A stretch of DNA of 47,427 nucleotides, taken from assembly GCA_031362565.1 (NCBI GenBank), contig JANLSU010000053.1:1-47427 (forward strand). The letters run 5' to 3'. The stretch comes from a bacterium (GTDB lineage Bacteria; Krumholzibacteriota; Krumholzibacteriia; G020349025). Within the stretch, counting starts at the first letter, position 1, and every line of letters begins with the position of its first letter. Below are positions 29,730-38,494 of the stretch, one piece after another. Position numbers and translations under genes: made by a program. The notes under the pieces are model-generated. The model made no database searches. It was given only the letters and a program-made list of their open reading frames with translations, and was not told the origin of the DNA.

Positions 29730-30745
29730 ACGCACGCCGTGTGTGGTCGGGGGTTTGGCTGGCGTGCCTTCTGGCGGTGTGCGCCGCGCCCGCGTGCCGC
29801 GCCCAGACCGACTTCGATCTGCGCGGTACGCCCGAAGGGCCGTGGCTCCTCAAACACTACTTGGGTGCCGACTCGGTCGTGGTGCAAAGCGCCGGAACCG
29901 TGCGCGCGTACGCCACGCCCGAGTGGGAGCCGGAAGCAAAAGGCGGTGCGGCGGCGGCGCGTGACGTCCTGCCGGAAATCGCCGCCATGCTCGGTATTTC
30001 GCAGCATGCGCTGGCGCCGGTGTGGATCATCGTCTCACCTGGCGGCGGTTCGCTCGCCCGCGAAGCGCCGTCCTGGAGTGCCGCGATCGCGCAACCGGAT
30101 CGTCACCTCATTGTGCTCTCGGGCCCGGCGCTCCGCGGCGGGCGCGCCGGGTTGTCGGAAACGGTCGCGCACGAAGTCGCCCACCTGGCCCTGCACGCCC
30201 GGCTCGGCACGATCGGCTGGGTGCCGCGTTGGCTCGACGAAGGCGTCGCAATGTATGTCGCGGGTGCCGTCGGCTGGCGCGACCGGCTCTGGGCGCTCGG
30301 GCGCGGCCCCGTGCGTCTCGGCGAACTCGTCGACCAATTCCCGCGCGATGACCAGACGGCGCGCTTCGCATACTTGGAGAGCGAGGCCGCCGTCCGGCGG
30401 CTCGTGGCGCGCGGTTCGTTGGCACCGCTCTTCGACCGGCTCGAAGCCGGCGCCGAGTTCGACGACGCGTTCAAGGCCGTGTACGGCGAGTCGGCGCGTG
30501 AATTCGCCGATCATGTGCACGCCGAGGTCGCGAACCGTTGGCGCTGGCTGGCGGCGTTCGGCAGCGCCGCATCGGTGGGCGGGTTCATGGCGTTCCTGGC
30601 GATCGTTGCCGCAGCTCGAACGCGGCTGCGGAATCGCCGCCGGATGGGCGAATGGGCGGTGGCCGAATCGCTGGCCCCACCCGAAGACGAATCCGAAATC
30701 GCGCCGGACGGCGCCGACGATACACCGGCGGATTCGCCACGGTGA
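29726..30745 (+). CDS. Peptidase MA-like (gluzincin) metalloprotease with C-terminal TM helix
   Basis: AHEVAH (HExxH), PRWLDEG; signal peptide; GTGA overlap with mnmA. Confidence 0.8.
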   Translation: MNARRVWSGVWLACLLAVCAAPACRAQTDFDLRGTPEGPWLLKHYLGADSVVVQSAGTVRAYATPEWEPEAKGGAAAARDVLPEIAAMLGISQHALAPVWIIVSPGGGSLAREAPSWSAAIAQPDRHLIVLSGPALRGGRAGLSETVAHEVAHLALHARLGTIGWVPRWLDEGVAMYVAGAVGWRDRLWALGRGPVRLGELVDQFPRDDQTARFAYLESEAAVRRLVARGSLAPLFDRLEAGAEFDDAFKAVYGESAREFADHVHAEVANRWRWLAAFGSAASVGGFMAFLAIVAAARTRLRNRRRMGEWAVAESLAPPEDESEIAPDGADDTPADSPR

Positions 30746-30782
30746 TCGAGGCTCGACGCCCACGGGCTCGGTGCGAGAGGGT

Positions 30783-30812
30783 TTGACATGCCGAGCCGCG
30801 ATCCAGGATACT
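30783..30812 (+). promoter_or_regulatory. sigma70 promoter of the E1-alpha gene (near-leaderless)
   Basis: TTGACA-18 nt-GATACT, 9 nt before the ATG at 30822. Confidence 0.55.
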
Positions 30813-30821
30813 GCCACGCCT

Positions 30822-31994
30822 ATGGTCTTTCGCTCTGCTGCATTCGATCCGCCGGAGTACGTGAACTGGCAACCCGTGCCCGCCGTGATGGCGGAATGGG
30901 ATGCGACGCTCAATGCCTCCAAGCCGCGCCGCGCGCTCGTCGATGCGCTGGGCCCGGCGGAGCATCTGGATTTGTTCGCCGGCTTGTTGCGCACCCGCTT
31001 CATGGATATCGGACTCAAGCGCTGGGTGAAGCAGGGCGTCATTTCGAAGGCGTGGCTGGGGACGGGCGAGGAAGCCGCCACCGTGGGTGTGGTTGCGGCG
31101 CTCCGCAAAGGGGCCCGCGGCGACGTCGTGGGACCGGTGATCCGCAATGCCGGTGCATGCCGCGAAATGGGCATGCCCATGGATTCGATCCTCAAGGCCT
31201 ACTTGGGCACGCACGACCAAGTGAGCAAGGGCCGCGATTTCCACACCGGCGATTTGCAGCTCGGCGTCATCCCGCCCATCAGCATGCTGTCGACGCTGGT
31301 GCCGGTTTGCGCCGGCGTCGCGCTTTCCTTCAAGCAGCGCGGCGAAGATCGCGTCGCGATCACCTGGGTTGGTGACGGCAGCACGCGCACCGGCGACTTC
31401 CACGAGGGCATGAGCATGGCGGCGGCACTGGCGGTGCCGCTCGTCGTCATCGTGCAAAACAACCAGGTCGCACTCGGGACCCGGGTCGAGGTGCACACGC
31501 GGGCGCCGCTCGACAAACTGCACGTGGCCTATGGCGTCAAAGGGTACAACTGCGACGGCAACCACGTGCTCGACACCTATGCGTGCGCGATGCAAGCCGT
31601 GACCGACTGCCGCAAGGGCCGCGGGCCGGTCATGATCTCCACCACGACATTTCGGATGGGCGGCCACGCGACGCACGATGAGGCCGAAGCGCGCGCCAAT
31701 CTGCCGAAGGCACTCTTCGAGTACTGGGGCCAACGCGATCCCATCGGCATGTACGAAGCGTGGCTGACGCAATCGCAAATCCGGCTCGAAGACGGTGCGG
31801 CGCAGTACGGCATCTCGACCGATGGACTGCCCGCCGAGCGCGCGGCGCGCAATCGACTGCTTTTGGATCGCGTCGGCGAGGCCGCGCAGGCCGAAGTCGA
31901 ACGCGCCGCCGAGCAGTCGCTCGAGAGCCGCGCCCACCGCATGCCGGACGGCTTCGACGTCGATCACGACACGTACGCCGAGTCCGCGGAATGA
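30822..31994 (+). CDS. TPP-dependent 2-oxoacid dehydrogenase E1 alpha subunit
   Basis: GEEA, GDG...HE...VQNN TPP motif, DGN, RMGGHATHD. Confidence 0.92.
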   Translation: MVFRSAAFDPPEYVNWQPVPAVMAEWDATLNASKPRRALVDALGPAEHLDLFAGLLRTRFMDIGLKRWVKQGVISKAWLGTGEEAATVGVVAALRKGARGDVVGPVIRNAGACREMGMPMDSILKAYLGTHDQVSKGRDFHTGDLQLGVIPPISMLSTLVPVCAGVALSFKQRGEDRVAITWVGDGSTRTGDFHEGMSMAAALAVPLVVIVQNNQVALGTRVEVHTRAPLDKLHVAYGVKGYNCDGNHVLDTYACAMQAVTDCRKGRGPVMISTTTFRMGGHATHDEAEARANLPKALFEYWGQRDPIGMYEAWLTQSQIRLEDGAAQYGISTDGLPAERAARNRLLLDRVGEAAQAEVERAAEQSLESRAHRMPDGFDVDHDTYAESAE

Positions 31995-32632
31995 AACGAC
32001 GACAACTTCATCGCCGGGTGGCCGCGGTCGCGAAGGCGAGCGTGGCGGTGGTGGCTTTGGTGCCGGCGTTGGTGCTGGCACCGTGGCGGGACGCTGCGGC
32101 GGAGCCTGCCGGTCCATCGCGGTGGAGTCTCGACGTTGGCGCGGTCGTGGGGTTCCCGGCGGCGCCGGCGGCGTTCCAAGACAATTGGAATTCGGCGTGG
32201 GGACTCGAGGGTGGCCTGCAGCGGCGCTTTGGCTCGCGCTTCGAGTGGGGACTGCGCGGACAATTCGTCCAGTTCGCGCTCGGTGATTTGCCGGGCGAAG
32301 AAGTGTTGGGCGGCGCGCGGCGTTTCGGCCGTATCGCGAGCCCGGTCACGATGCGGGTGTGGAGCAACCGCGGGAACGCCGCGGTCGTGATCGACGGCGA
32401 TGCGGGTTACGTGCACCAGTCCATCGAACAAGTGTCGCATGCGCTGCAGCCGCCGAAACCGGGCCCCACGGACGGTTTCTCGGCCGGCTGCGGTGTGGCG
32501 TGGCGGCGGCGGCTCTACGCCGCGACCGACATCGTTCTGGGCGTCCGCCAGACGTGGGCATTCCTGCCGGACGCAACGGCGCGTTACACGACTTTGCTCG
32601 TTGGGGCGCGCGCGCCGCTTGGCGCGCGCTGA
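31991..32632 (+). CDS. Small outer-membrane beta-barrel protein (hypothetical)
   Basis: Signal peptide AAA-E; about 8 amphipathic strands; ATGA overlap. Confidence 0.55.
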   Translation: MKRRQLHRRVAAVAKASVAVVALVPALVLAPWRDAAAEPAGPSRWSLDVGAVVGFPAAPAAFQDNWNSAWGLEGGLQRRFGSRFEWGLRGQFVQFALGDLPGEEVLGGARRFGRIASPVTMRVWSNRGNAAVVIDGDAGYVHQSIEQVSHALQPPKPGPTDGFSAGCGVAWRRRLYAATDIVLGVRQTWAFLPDATARYTTLLVGARAPLGAR

Positions 32633-32670
32633 GCGGTGCCGGCGCCGAAGCGTTGCCGCCGTGGAGTGTG

Positions 32671-34005
32671 ATGCCGGTGAATCCGATCCAAACGGCTCCG
32701 CACCTGTACAACTTGTTTCCGCGCTTGGCGGGCGATCTGCGCGCCTGGCCGGCGCATGCCGCGCGCGCCGCCGCGATGGGATTTGACTGGCTGTATCTGA
32801 ACCCGGTGCATTTCCCCGGCTTCTCGGGAAGCTGTTATGCCGTGAAGGATTTCTTCCGCGTCGATCCGTTGCTGTTGCCGGAAGGGCATCCGGACAAGCA
32901 CTGGGACGATGTGTTGCGTGGCGACGGCGGGCTTGCAGCGCTCGGGGAAGCGCTGGCGGCGGTGCGCGCCGCGGGGCTCCGGCCCGTCATGGATCTCGTG
33001 CTCAACCACACGGCGCGCGATTCGCCGCTCGTGGCCGCGCACCCCAAGTGGTATGCGCACGATGCGACCGGGGCGGTGCAGAGTCCTTCGGCCATCGATC
33101 CGGCGGATGCACGCAATGTCACGGTGTGGGGCGATTTGGCGGAAATCGACAACGCCGGGTCGAGCGACCGCGAAGCGCTGTGGGCGTTTTGGAAGCGCGT
33201 CGTCGAGACCTACGCACGGCTCGGATTCGAGGGTTTCCGGTGCGATGCGGCCTATAAAGTGCCGGCGGCCTTGTGGCGCGAGCTAATTGCGACGGCGCGG
33301 CGCCATCGGCCGGAGGCGCTCTTCTTTGGTGAAACGCTCGGCGCGCGTCTCGAGGAAGTCGAAGCGCTACGCGAATCCGGCCTGCCGTTTTCGTTCAATA
33401 GTTCGAAGTGGTGGAACTTCGATGCACCCTGGTGTCTCGACCAGCAGCGCGACTTGCCACCCGGGACACGCTCGATCAGTTTTCCCGAGTCGCATGACAC
33501 ACCGCGTCTGTGGTCGGAGTCCGGTGGCAATGTGCTGGTGCAACGCCAGCGCTACGCCTTCGCCGCGGCGTTTGCGAGCGGTGTGCTGTTGCCCGCCGGG
33601 TACGAGTTCGGCTTCACGCGCCGCATCGATGTCGTCGAGACGCGCGCCGAACACTGGGAAACGCCGCCGGCAGATCTCACGGCGTTCGTAACGCGCGTCA
33701 ACACGCTGCGCCGCCAATGGCCGGCGCTCTGCACGGAGGCGATCGCGGCGGTTACGCCGCTCGATCAACCGGCGCTCGGGCTCGAGAAGCGCGGCGCCGA
33801 AGGCGTCGCCTGGGTGGCCATCAACAAGGATCTGACTGCAGCGCAGAACGTCGACCTGCCGGCGGAATCGCACGGCCGGCAAGTGCTGCGCCCGTGCCGC
33901 GATACTGCGGCGCATTCGAGCCTGGACCGCGAGGTCGACACGGACGATGCCGGCGCGCCGGCCCGGCTGCGGCTTGGGCCGGGCGAAGTCGCGTACGTCG
34001 TGTGA
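32671..34005 (+). CDS. GH13 alpha-amylase family glycoside hydrolase
   Basis: DLVLNH, GFRCDAA (nucleophile), GETL (acid/base), SHD; no signal peptide. Confidence 0.92.
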   Translation: MPVNPIQTAPHLYNLFPRLAGDLRAWPAHAARAAAMGFDWLYLNPVHFPGFSGSCYAVKDFFRVDPLLLPEGHPDKHWDDVLRGDGGLAALGEALAAVRAAGLRPVMDLVLNHTARDSPLVAAHPKWYAHDATGAVQSPSAIDPADARNVTVWGDLAEIDNAGSSDREALWAFWKRVVETYARLGFEGFRCDAAYKVPAALWRELIATARRHRPEALFFGETLGARLEEVEALRESGLPFSFNSSKWWNFDAPWCLDQQRDLPPGTRSISFPESHDTPRLWSESGGNVLVQRQRYAFAAAFASGVLLPAGYEFGFTRRIDVVETRAEHWETPPADLTAFVTRVNTLRRQWPALCTEAIAAVTPLDQPALGLEKRGAEGVAWVAINKDLTAAQNVDLPAESHGRQVLRPCRDTAAHSSLDREVDTDDAGAPARLRLGPGEVAYVV

Positions 34006-34072
34006 CGTCCGAAGGCAGGCGGGTCCAGGCCGGCGGCGGGAAATCCACTCGTAGGCCCTGGCCCAGGCACTG

Positions 34073-34081
34073 TGGCATAAT
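34073..34081 (+). promoter_or_regulatory. Extended -10 promoter upstream of the transaldolase-like gene
   Basis: TG-G-CATAAT, 6 nt before an in-frame ATG at 34088. Confidence 0.45.
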
Positions 34082-34162
34082 CGCGGCATGCCGCCGGGAC
34101 CGTCGCGTCCTTGGCTCTGCGGGCGCGCGTACCGCCGCCCCGAAACCGGCGAAGGGATTCTC

Positions 34163-35446
34163 ATGACCTCGGCGACGACGAGCCAGATCGCGAGCGCGCT
34201 CGATCGCGAAGTGCGCGAGTGGACATTGCAGGGGTTCAAGCCGGCATTTGGGCAGCGGACGAATTCGTTCGAATCGGGCCCGCGCTGGAAAGCGCTGCGT
34301 GACACCGGCACGGCGCTGTGGCTTGATACCGGCGACATCGCCGGCATCAAGGGCATGTGGACGCGCGAATTCTCGGCGCTCACGACCAATAACACGCTTC
34401 TCAACAAGGAAGTGCAGCGCGGCCAGTACGACGATCTGGTCAAGCGCACGGCAGCACGGCTGCGGGAACTCGAGCCCAACATCCCGTCGCAACTTCTGGT
34501 GCTCGAAATCGCTTTCGTTCTGAACGCCTACCACGGGCTGCGGTTGGTCGAGCAATTCGATGCCATGGTGAGCGTCGAGGAACACACGGACTTGGCGCAC
34601 AATGTCGACCTGGCCGTGCTCTACGGCAAACGCTTTCACGCGATTTGCCCGGAGCGTTTCATCGTCAAGTTGCCGCTGACGCCGGCGGGACTGCTCGGCA
34701 TGCGCAAGCTGCGCCAAGCGGGCATCCCGATCAACTTCACGCTTGGTTTCTCGGCGCGCCAGAACTACTTGGCAGCCCGGGTCGGCGATCCGAACTGGGT
34801 CAACGTTTTCTTGGGACGCCTGAACGCGTTCGTGATGGATTCCAAGATCGGCAGTGGCGAGGGCGTGGGCGAGAAGGCGACCGCCGCGAGCCATGAAGCG
34901 CTTGCCGAGTTGCGCCGCACCGGCCGGGCATCGACGCGCCAGATCGCCGCCAGCTTGCGGAGTGGCGAGCAGATTTGGACTTTGGCGGGCGTCGACGTGA
35001 TGACGATTCCGCTCGCCGCGGCGCAAGAGTATCGCGACGCGGCGCGGCCGCCGGTTGCGGCCCGTGGGCCCGAGGCCGCGGCGATTCAACCTGGGATCGA
35101 CGCGGATGCACGCCAGAAACTGCATCTCGATTGTCTGTGGGATGTGACGCCGGAGTTCCGCTCGGCCGTCGACCGGCTCGTGCAGCAAGATTTGGATCAC
35201 ATGACGCCCGATCAACTCGTGGCGTTCTTGCGCACCAACGGCGCCGGCGATGTCTTCCCCGAGTGGTCGAAGGCGGATCTCGATGCAATCGGCGCCGACG
35301 GCAAGATCCCGAAGCTCGATCGCTGGCGGCCGCGGCTCGAATCGGGTGCGGTGGGCTTCGACGCGCTGATCAATATGGCAGGACTCTTGTCGTTCTCGCA
35401 GGACGAGAAGGCGCTCGACGACCGCGTCCGCGGCCTCGTCGGCTGA
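34163..35446 (+). CDS. Transaldolase family protein
   Basis: LWLDT, TTNN, IVKLP (Schiff-base Lys), NFTLGFS, FLGR, AASLR; SD GAAGGGA; alternative start 34088. Confidence 0.88.
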   Translation: MTSATTSQIASALDREVREWTLQGFKPAFGQRTNSFESGPRWKALRDTGTALWLDTGDIAGIKGMWTREFSALTTNNTLLNKEVQRGQYDDLVKRTAARLRELEPNIPSQLLVLEIAFVLNAYHGLRLVEQFDAMVSVEEHTDLAHNVDLAVLYGKRFHAICPERFIVKLPLTPAGLLGMRKLRQAGIPINFTLGFSARQNYLAARVGDPNWVNVFLGRLNAFVMDSKIGSGEGVGEKATAASHEALAELRRTGRASTRQIAASLRSGEQIWTLAGVDVMTIPLAAAQEYRDAARPPVAARGPEAAAIQPGIDADARQKLHLDCLWDVTPEFRSAVDRLVQQDLDHMTPDQLVAFLRTNGAGDVFPEWSKADLDAIGADGKIPKLDRWRPRLESGAVGFDALINMAGLLSFSQDEKALDDRVRGLVG

Positions 35447-35457
35447 CGCGCGCGCCG

Positions 35458-37692
35458 ATGCGCCGCAAGGGTACGAAGCAGCCTGCGGCGGCCGTCGCGG
35501 CCAAGGTCCCCACGCCGACTCGTGCCAGTTCTCGGCAGCCGGCAGCCACCGGTCTCGGGTGGCTGCAGGGCGGTGCGGTACGCGCGCCATGGATCGCGGG
35601 ATTCGTGTTGGTCGCAGCGACGCTGCTCGTCTACGCACCAGGACTCCGCAACGGTTTCGCCTACGATGACTACTGGCTTGTCGAGACGAATCCAGCGCTC
35701 CGCGCGCCAGGGTCGATGGCGCACTATCTTGGGACGGCTCTTTTCGCCGGCACGCGAGAGGCCGCCGACGGCGTCTGGGCGGGCGGTTCCGTCGACTATT
35801 GGCGGCCGTTCATCAAGCTGGCGCTACTCCTGCAGTTTCGTGCCTTCGGCGCCAATGCGAGCGGTTATCACGCGGTAAGCCTCATTGTCCACGTCGCGAC
35901 GGTCCTGCTTGCCTTTGTTTGGCTCAGAAGACGGGTGATGGCGTTGTGGCCGGCCGCGCTGGGCGCCGCACTCTTCGCATTGCACCCGGCGCGAGTGGAA
36001 TCGGTGAGCTGGGTTTCAGGCTCGACCGACCTGTGGATGGCGTTCTGGGTGGTGCTGGGCCTCGTGGTTTGGGAACGTGGGACGCGCGCGGCGGCGATTG
36101 CTACGTCGATTGCGTTCGGGATCGCGGTGCTCGCGAAGGAAACCGCGCTTGTTGTTCCAGTCTGTCTCGCAGTCGACGCATGGGCGAGCGGTGCGACGCC
36201 TCGACGCGCCGTGCGCGCGGTCTTGGGGCCGGCACTCGCGCTCGGGTTTTTTGTCGTGCTCTGGATCGCCCTCTTGCATCCTGCGGGCGGGAGAGCCTTC
36301 GGGCGCGCGCCGCGCATTCTCGCGAGCGTTGGCTCGTACGTGGCACAGACGTTCTTTCCCCTTCACCCGTCGTCGCAGGTCGGGCTGGTGAGCGCGGATG
36401 GGCACTTCGAGTTTGGCATCGGGCTTCTTGCTCTGGGTGCCGTGACGTTGCTCGGCGGGGCGTTCGTCGCGGTGGCGGCGGCGCGAAAGCCGGTGCTTCG
36501 CCCCTGGTTCGCGGACGCAGCTTGGTTCGCCGTGCCGCTCGCACCGGTCTCGAACGTCGTGGCGATCGGCTATACGACGCTGATCGCCGAACGCTTTCTG
36601 ACGTTGCCGCTCTTGGGTGGCGCCGCACTCGTGGCACGTGCACTCCGTACGATGTTCGTGGCGGTGCCGCGGCTGCGAGTTGTGGTTGGCGCCGGAGCGT
36701 GTGTTGTCTGTGGCGGTCTCGCACTCGTGTCGGCGTCGTACGTACCGCAGTGGCGCGGCAACGACACGTTGTGGAGGTACGAAGCGCGCTTACACCCCGA
36801 CAGTCCAAACTTGCAGCTCTATTTGGCGCGCGCCGAAATGATGGCTGGCCGCACTGAAGCCGCGATGCGGGCAGCCGGCGCGGCGTATGCGCGCGCCCGC
36901 ACGCCGGACATGCGCGCCTGGGCGGCGGTAGCCTGGGCGGCGTCGTGGTTGCGCACCTTGCCGGATGCCGAGCAGGAGCGCCTCACAGCGCTGCGCAGTT
37001 TCTACGACGACCTCTCGGAACGGGGGACTGCGACGCTGGATGCAAATGGAACTGCGTGGCCGATCGCGCCGACGTCCGTGATTCGCGGCCAGGTGCGCAA
37101 CGCTGTTGCGAACGCCCGCGCGATGACCCATGCGCGTACCGGAAGTCTCGCGACTGCCGAAGCGTTGTTCGCCGACATCGCGCGGCATGATTCGAATCCA
37201 GCGAACGTCGCTAACTGGGCGCGCGTGGTGGCGTTGCAGGGTCGCTGCGACGAAGCGCTCGCGGCGCTCGCACCGGTGCGGCGCGCCAACCCGAGCGATG
37301 CCGAACTCGCGGCACTGGACACCGCGATTCGGCGTGCCCAAGTGTGGGCGAACGAGGGCGAAACGAAGGAGCCACGCGCCGTTGCAGCCCGTGCTGTCGC
37401 GGCGCGCGCCCGACTCTGGCTCGACGTCGGCTCGCTGCCGCTCGCGCTGCGCACGCTCGAGACTCTGGATGCCGCAGCAGCACAGGCCCCCGAGGTCACC
37501 GCCGTGCGCGCATTGACTCGGGCCGCTGACGGCCGCCCGGACGAAGCGCGCACGCTGCTCGTCGCGGCGCGTACCCAGGATCCAAGCCATGCCGCACTCT
37601 ACGACCGGGCGCTCGCGGAACTCGAAGGTGCAGCACCCGTCGCGCCCAAAGCGGCGAACGTGCGCGGCAACGTCGACGCACTGTTTCACTAG
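35458..37692 (+). CDS. Second TMTC-like GT-C membrane protein with helical/TPR-like C-terminus
   Basis: FAYDD, YWRP, YH..S..H, HP..VESV.W, AKE, AERF..P; multiple TM helices. Confidence 0.8.
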   Translation: MRRKGTKQPAAAVAAKVPTPTRASSRQPAATGLGWLQGGAVRAPWIAGFVLVAATLLVYAPGLRNGFAYDDYWLVETNPALRAPGSMAHYLGTALFAGTREAADGVWAGGSVDYWRPFIKLALLLQFRAFGANASGYHAVSLIVHVATVLLAFVWLRRRVMALWPAALGAALFALHPARVESVSWVSGSTDLWMAFWVVLGLVVWERGTRAAAIATSIAFGIAVLAKETALVVPVCLAVDAWASGATPRRAVRAVLGPALALGFFVVLWIALLHPAGGRAFGRAPRILASVGSYVAQTFFPLHPSSQVGLVSADGHFEFGIGLLALGAVTLLGGAFVAVAAARKPVLRPWFADAAWFAVPLAPVSNVVAIGYTTLIAERFLTLPLLGGAALVARALRTMFVAVPRLRVVVGAGACVVCGGLALVSASYVPQWRGNDTLWRYEARLHPDSPNLQLYLARAEMMAGRTEAAMRAAGAAYARARTPDMRAWAAVAWAASWLRTLPDAEQERLTALRSFYDDLSERGTATLDANGTAWPIAPTSVIRGQVRNAVANARAMTHARTGSLATAEALFADIARHDSNPANVANWARVVALQGRCDEALAALAPVRRANPSDAELAALDTAIRRAQVWANEGETKEPRAVAARAVAARARLWLDVGSLPLALRTLETLDAAAAQAPEVTAVRALTRAADGRPDEARTLLVAARTQDPSHAALYDRALAELEGAAPVAPKAANVRGNVDALFH

Positions 37693-38038
37693 CGCGGGCG
37701 CGTGGCCGGGTGCGCTCCGCTCAACGGGCTCGACTGGTGCCCGGTCGAATGAATTCTCGCAAGAGGTGAGCCACGAGATCTTGGTCAGCGAGTGTGGCGC
37801 TGCAGGCTTGGTTGTTCGAAATGGCTGCACACTGTTCGTCAACGAGAGTGACGAACACGTGTTGGTTGCGTTGACAGGGACCGGGCTCCCGCCGAACTCG
37901 CCCGCGCGGTCGTGATCTCGCGAGGGCTCGTTCCAGAACGAGTGTTTGCAAGAGAACAAGGCCACGAGTGTGTCACAAAGTTTGCTTCGTTCTTCTGGAG
38001 GCTCGGCGCCCGCGTCCCCTGAAAAACGAAGCCGACTC

Positions 38039-38067
38039 TTGACAAAAAGTTCTGCGTCTGGTAAATT
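38039..38067 (+). promoter_or_regulatory. Strong sigma70 promoter with no credible downstream CDS
   Basis: TTGACA-17 nt-TAAATT with extended -10 TG. Confidence 0.7.
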
Positions 38068-38072
38068 GAGGT

Positions 38073-38334
38073 CGTGAGTTCGTGGCCCGCGACTCCGTGC
38101 GGGTGGCTCCTCCCAGGGCCGAGAAGATTCCATTGGAACTCGTGAACGTTGCGAGTGCCGGCACCGCATTGCCGGCTGCCTGCCGCCGCGAGCCTCGCCG
38201 ACAGCCACTGTTGGGGAGCGCCACATCATATTTCTGCGTGTACGCGCTTGAACGTCCCAGCCGGTTGTTCGCGCGCACGTCGCCGCGGCGCCCCGGCTGG
38301 TCTCGATCGCGATTCACTTGCGAATACCCAAGTG
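38073..38334 (+). ncRNA. Candidate structured non-coding RNA of unknown family
   Basis: Begins at the expected TSS; stems 38073-81/38136-44, 38157-63/38170-76, 38257-64/38293-300, 38315-20/38329-34. Confidence 0.3.
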
Positions 38335-38441
38335 TCCCGACGTTATCCGTCGCGCGAGCGGGAGCCGAAGGTTCGGGTGTCTCGACGTGATCCGTCGAAG
38401 GGGCGCGAGGCCAGAGTTCGAGTGTCCCGACGTGATCCGTC
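38332..38441 (+). repeat. Three 20-bp hairpin repeats at exact 45-bp period
   Basis: GTGTCCCGACGTTATCCGTC (38332), GTGTCTCGACGTGATCCGTC (38377), GTGTCCCGACGTGATCCGTC (38422); 25-nt spacers. Confidence 0.9.
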
Positions 38442-38494
38442 TCGGGCGTAAGGCGAGGCGGGGCGGGGCGAAGAGCGGTCAGACTTGAACTTGG

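Noticed and set aside
29739..30821. Apparent N-terminal extension or fusion of E1-alpha (751-aa ORF)
   Set aside because: Overlaps the peptidase gene in another frame; a promoter and ATG at 30822 define the real start. Extended ORFs at 9654, 16441-17907, 27447, 34975 and 40058-41968 were trimmed for similar reasons.
37871..37876. Second TTGACA in the non-coding island
   Set aside because: No acceptable -10 at 16-18 nt spacing.
38332..38441. Canonical CRISPR array
   Set aside because: Only three 20-bp repeats, 25-nt spacers similar to each other, and no cas genes; kept only as an unexplained repeat.
38082..38451. ORFs of 102 and 100 aa downstream of the orphan promoter
   Set aside because: No SD and no motifs; the 15-aa peptide repeat just reflects the DNA repeat.
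37693..38494. Known housekeeping RNAs or group II intron
   Set aside because: I could not find the RNase P GAGGAAAGTCC, SRP loop, tRNA/tmRNA ends or intron domain V signature by eye.
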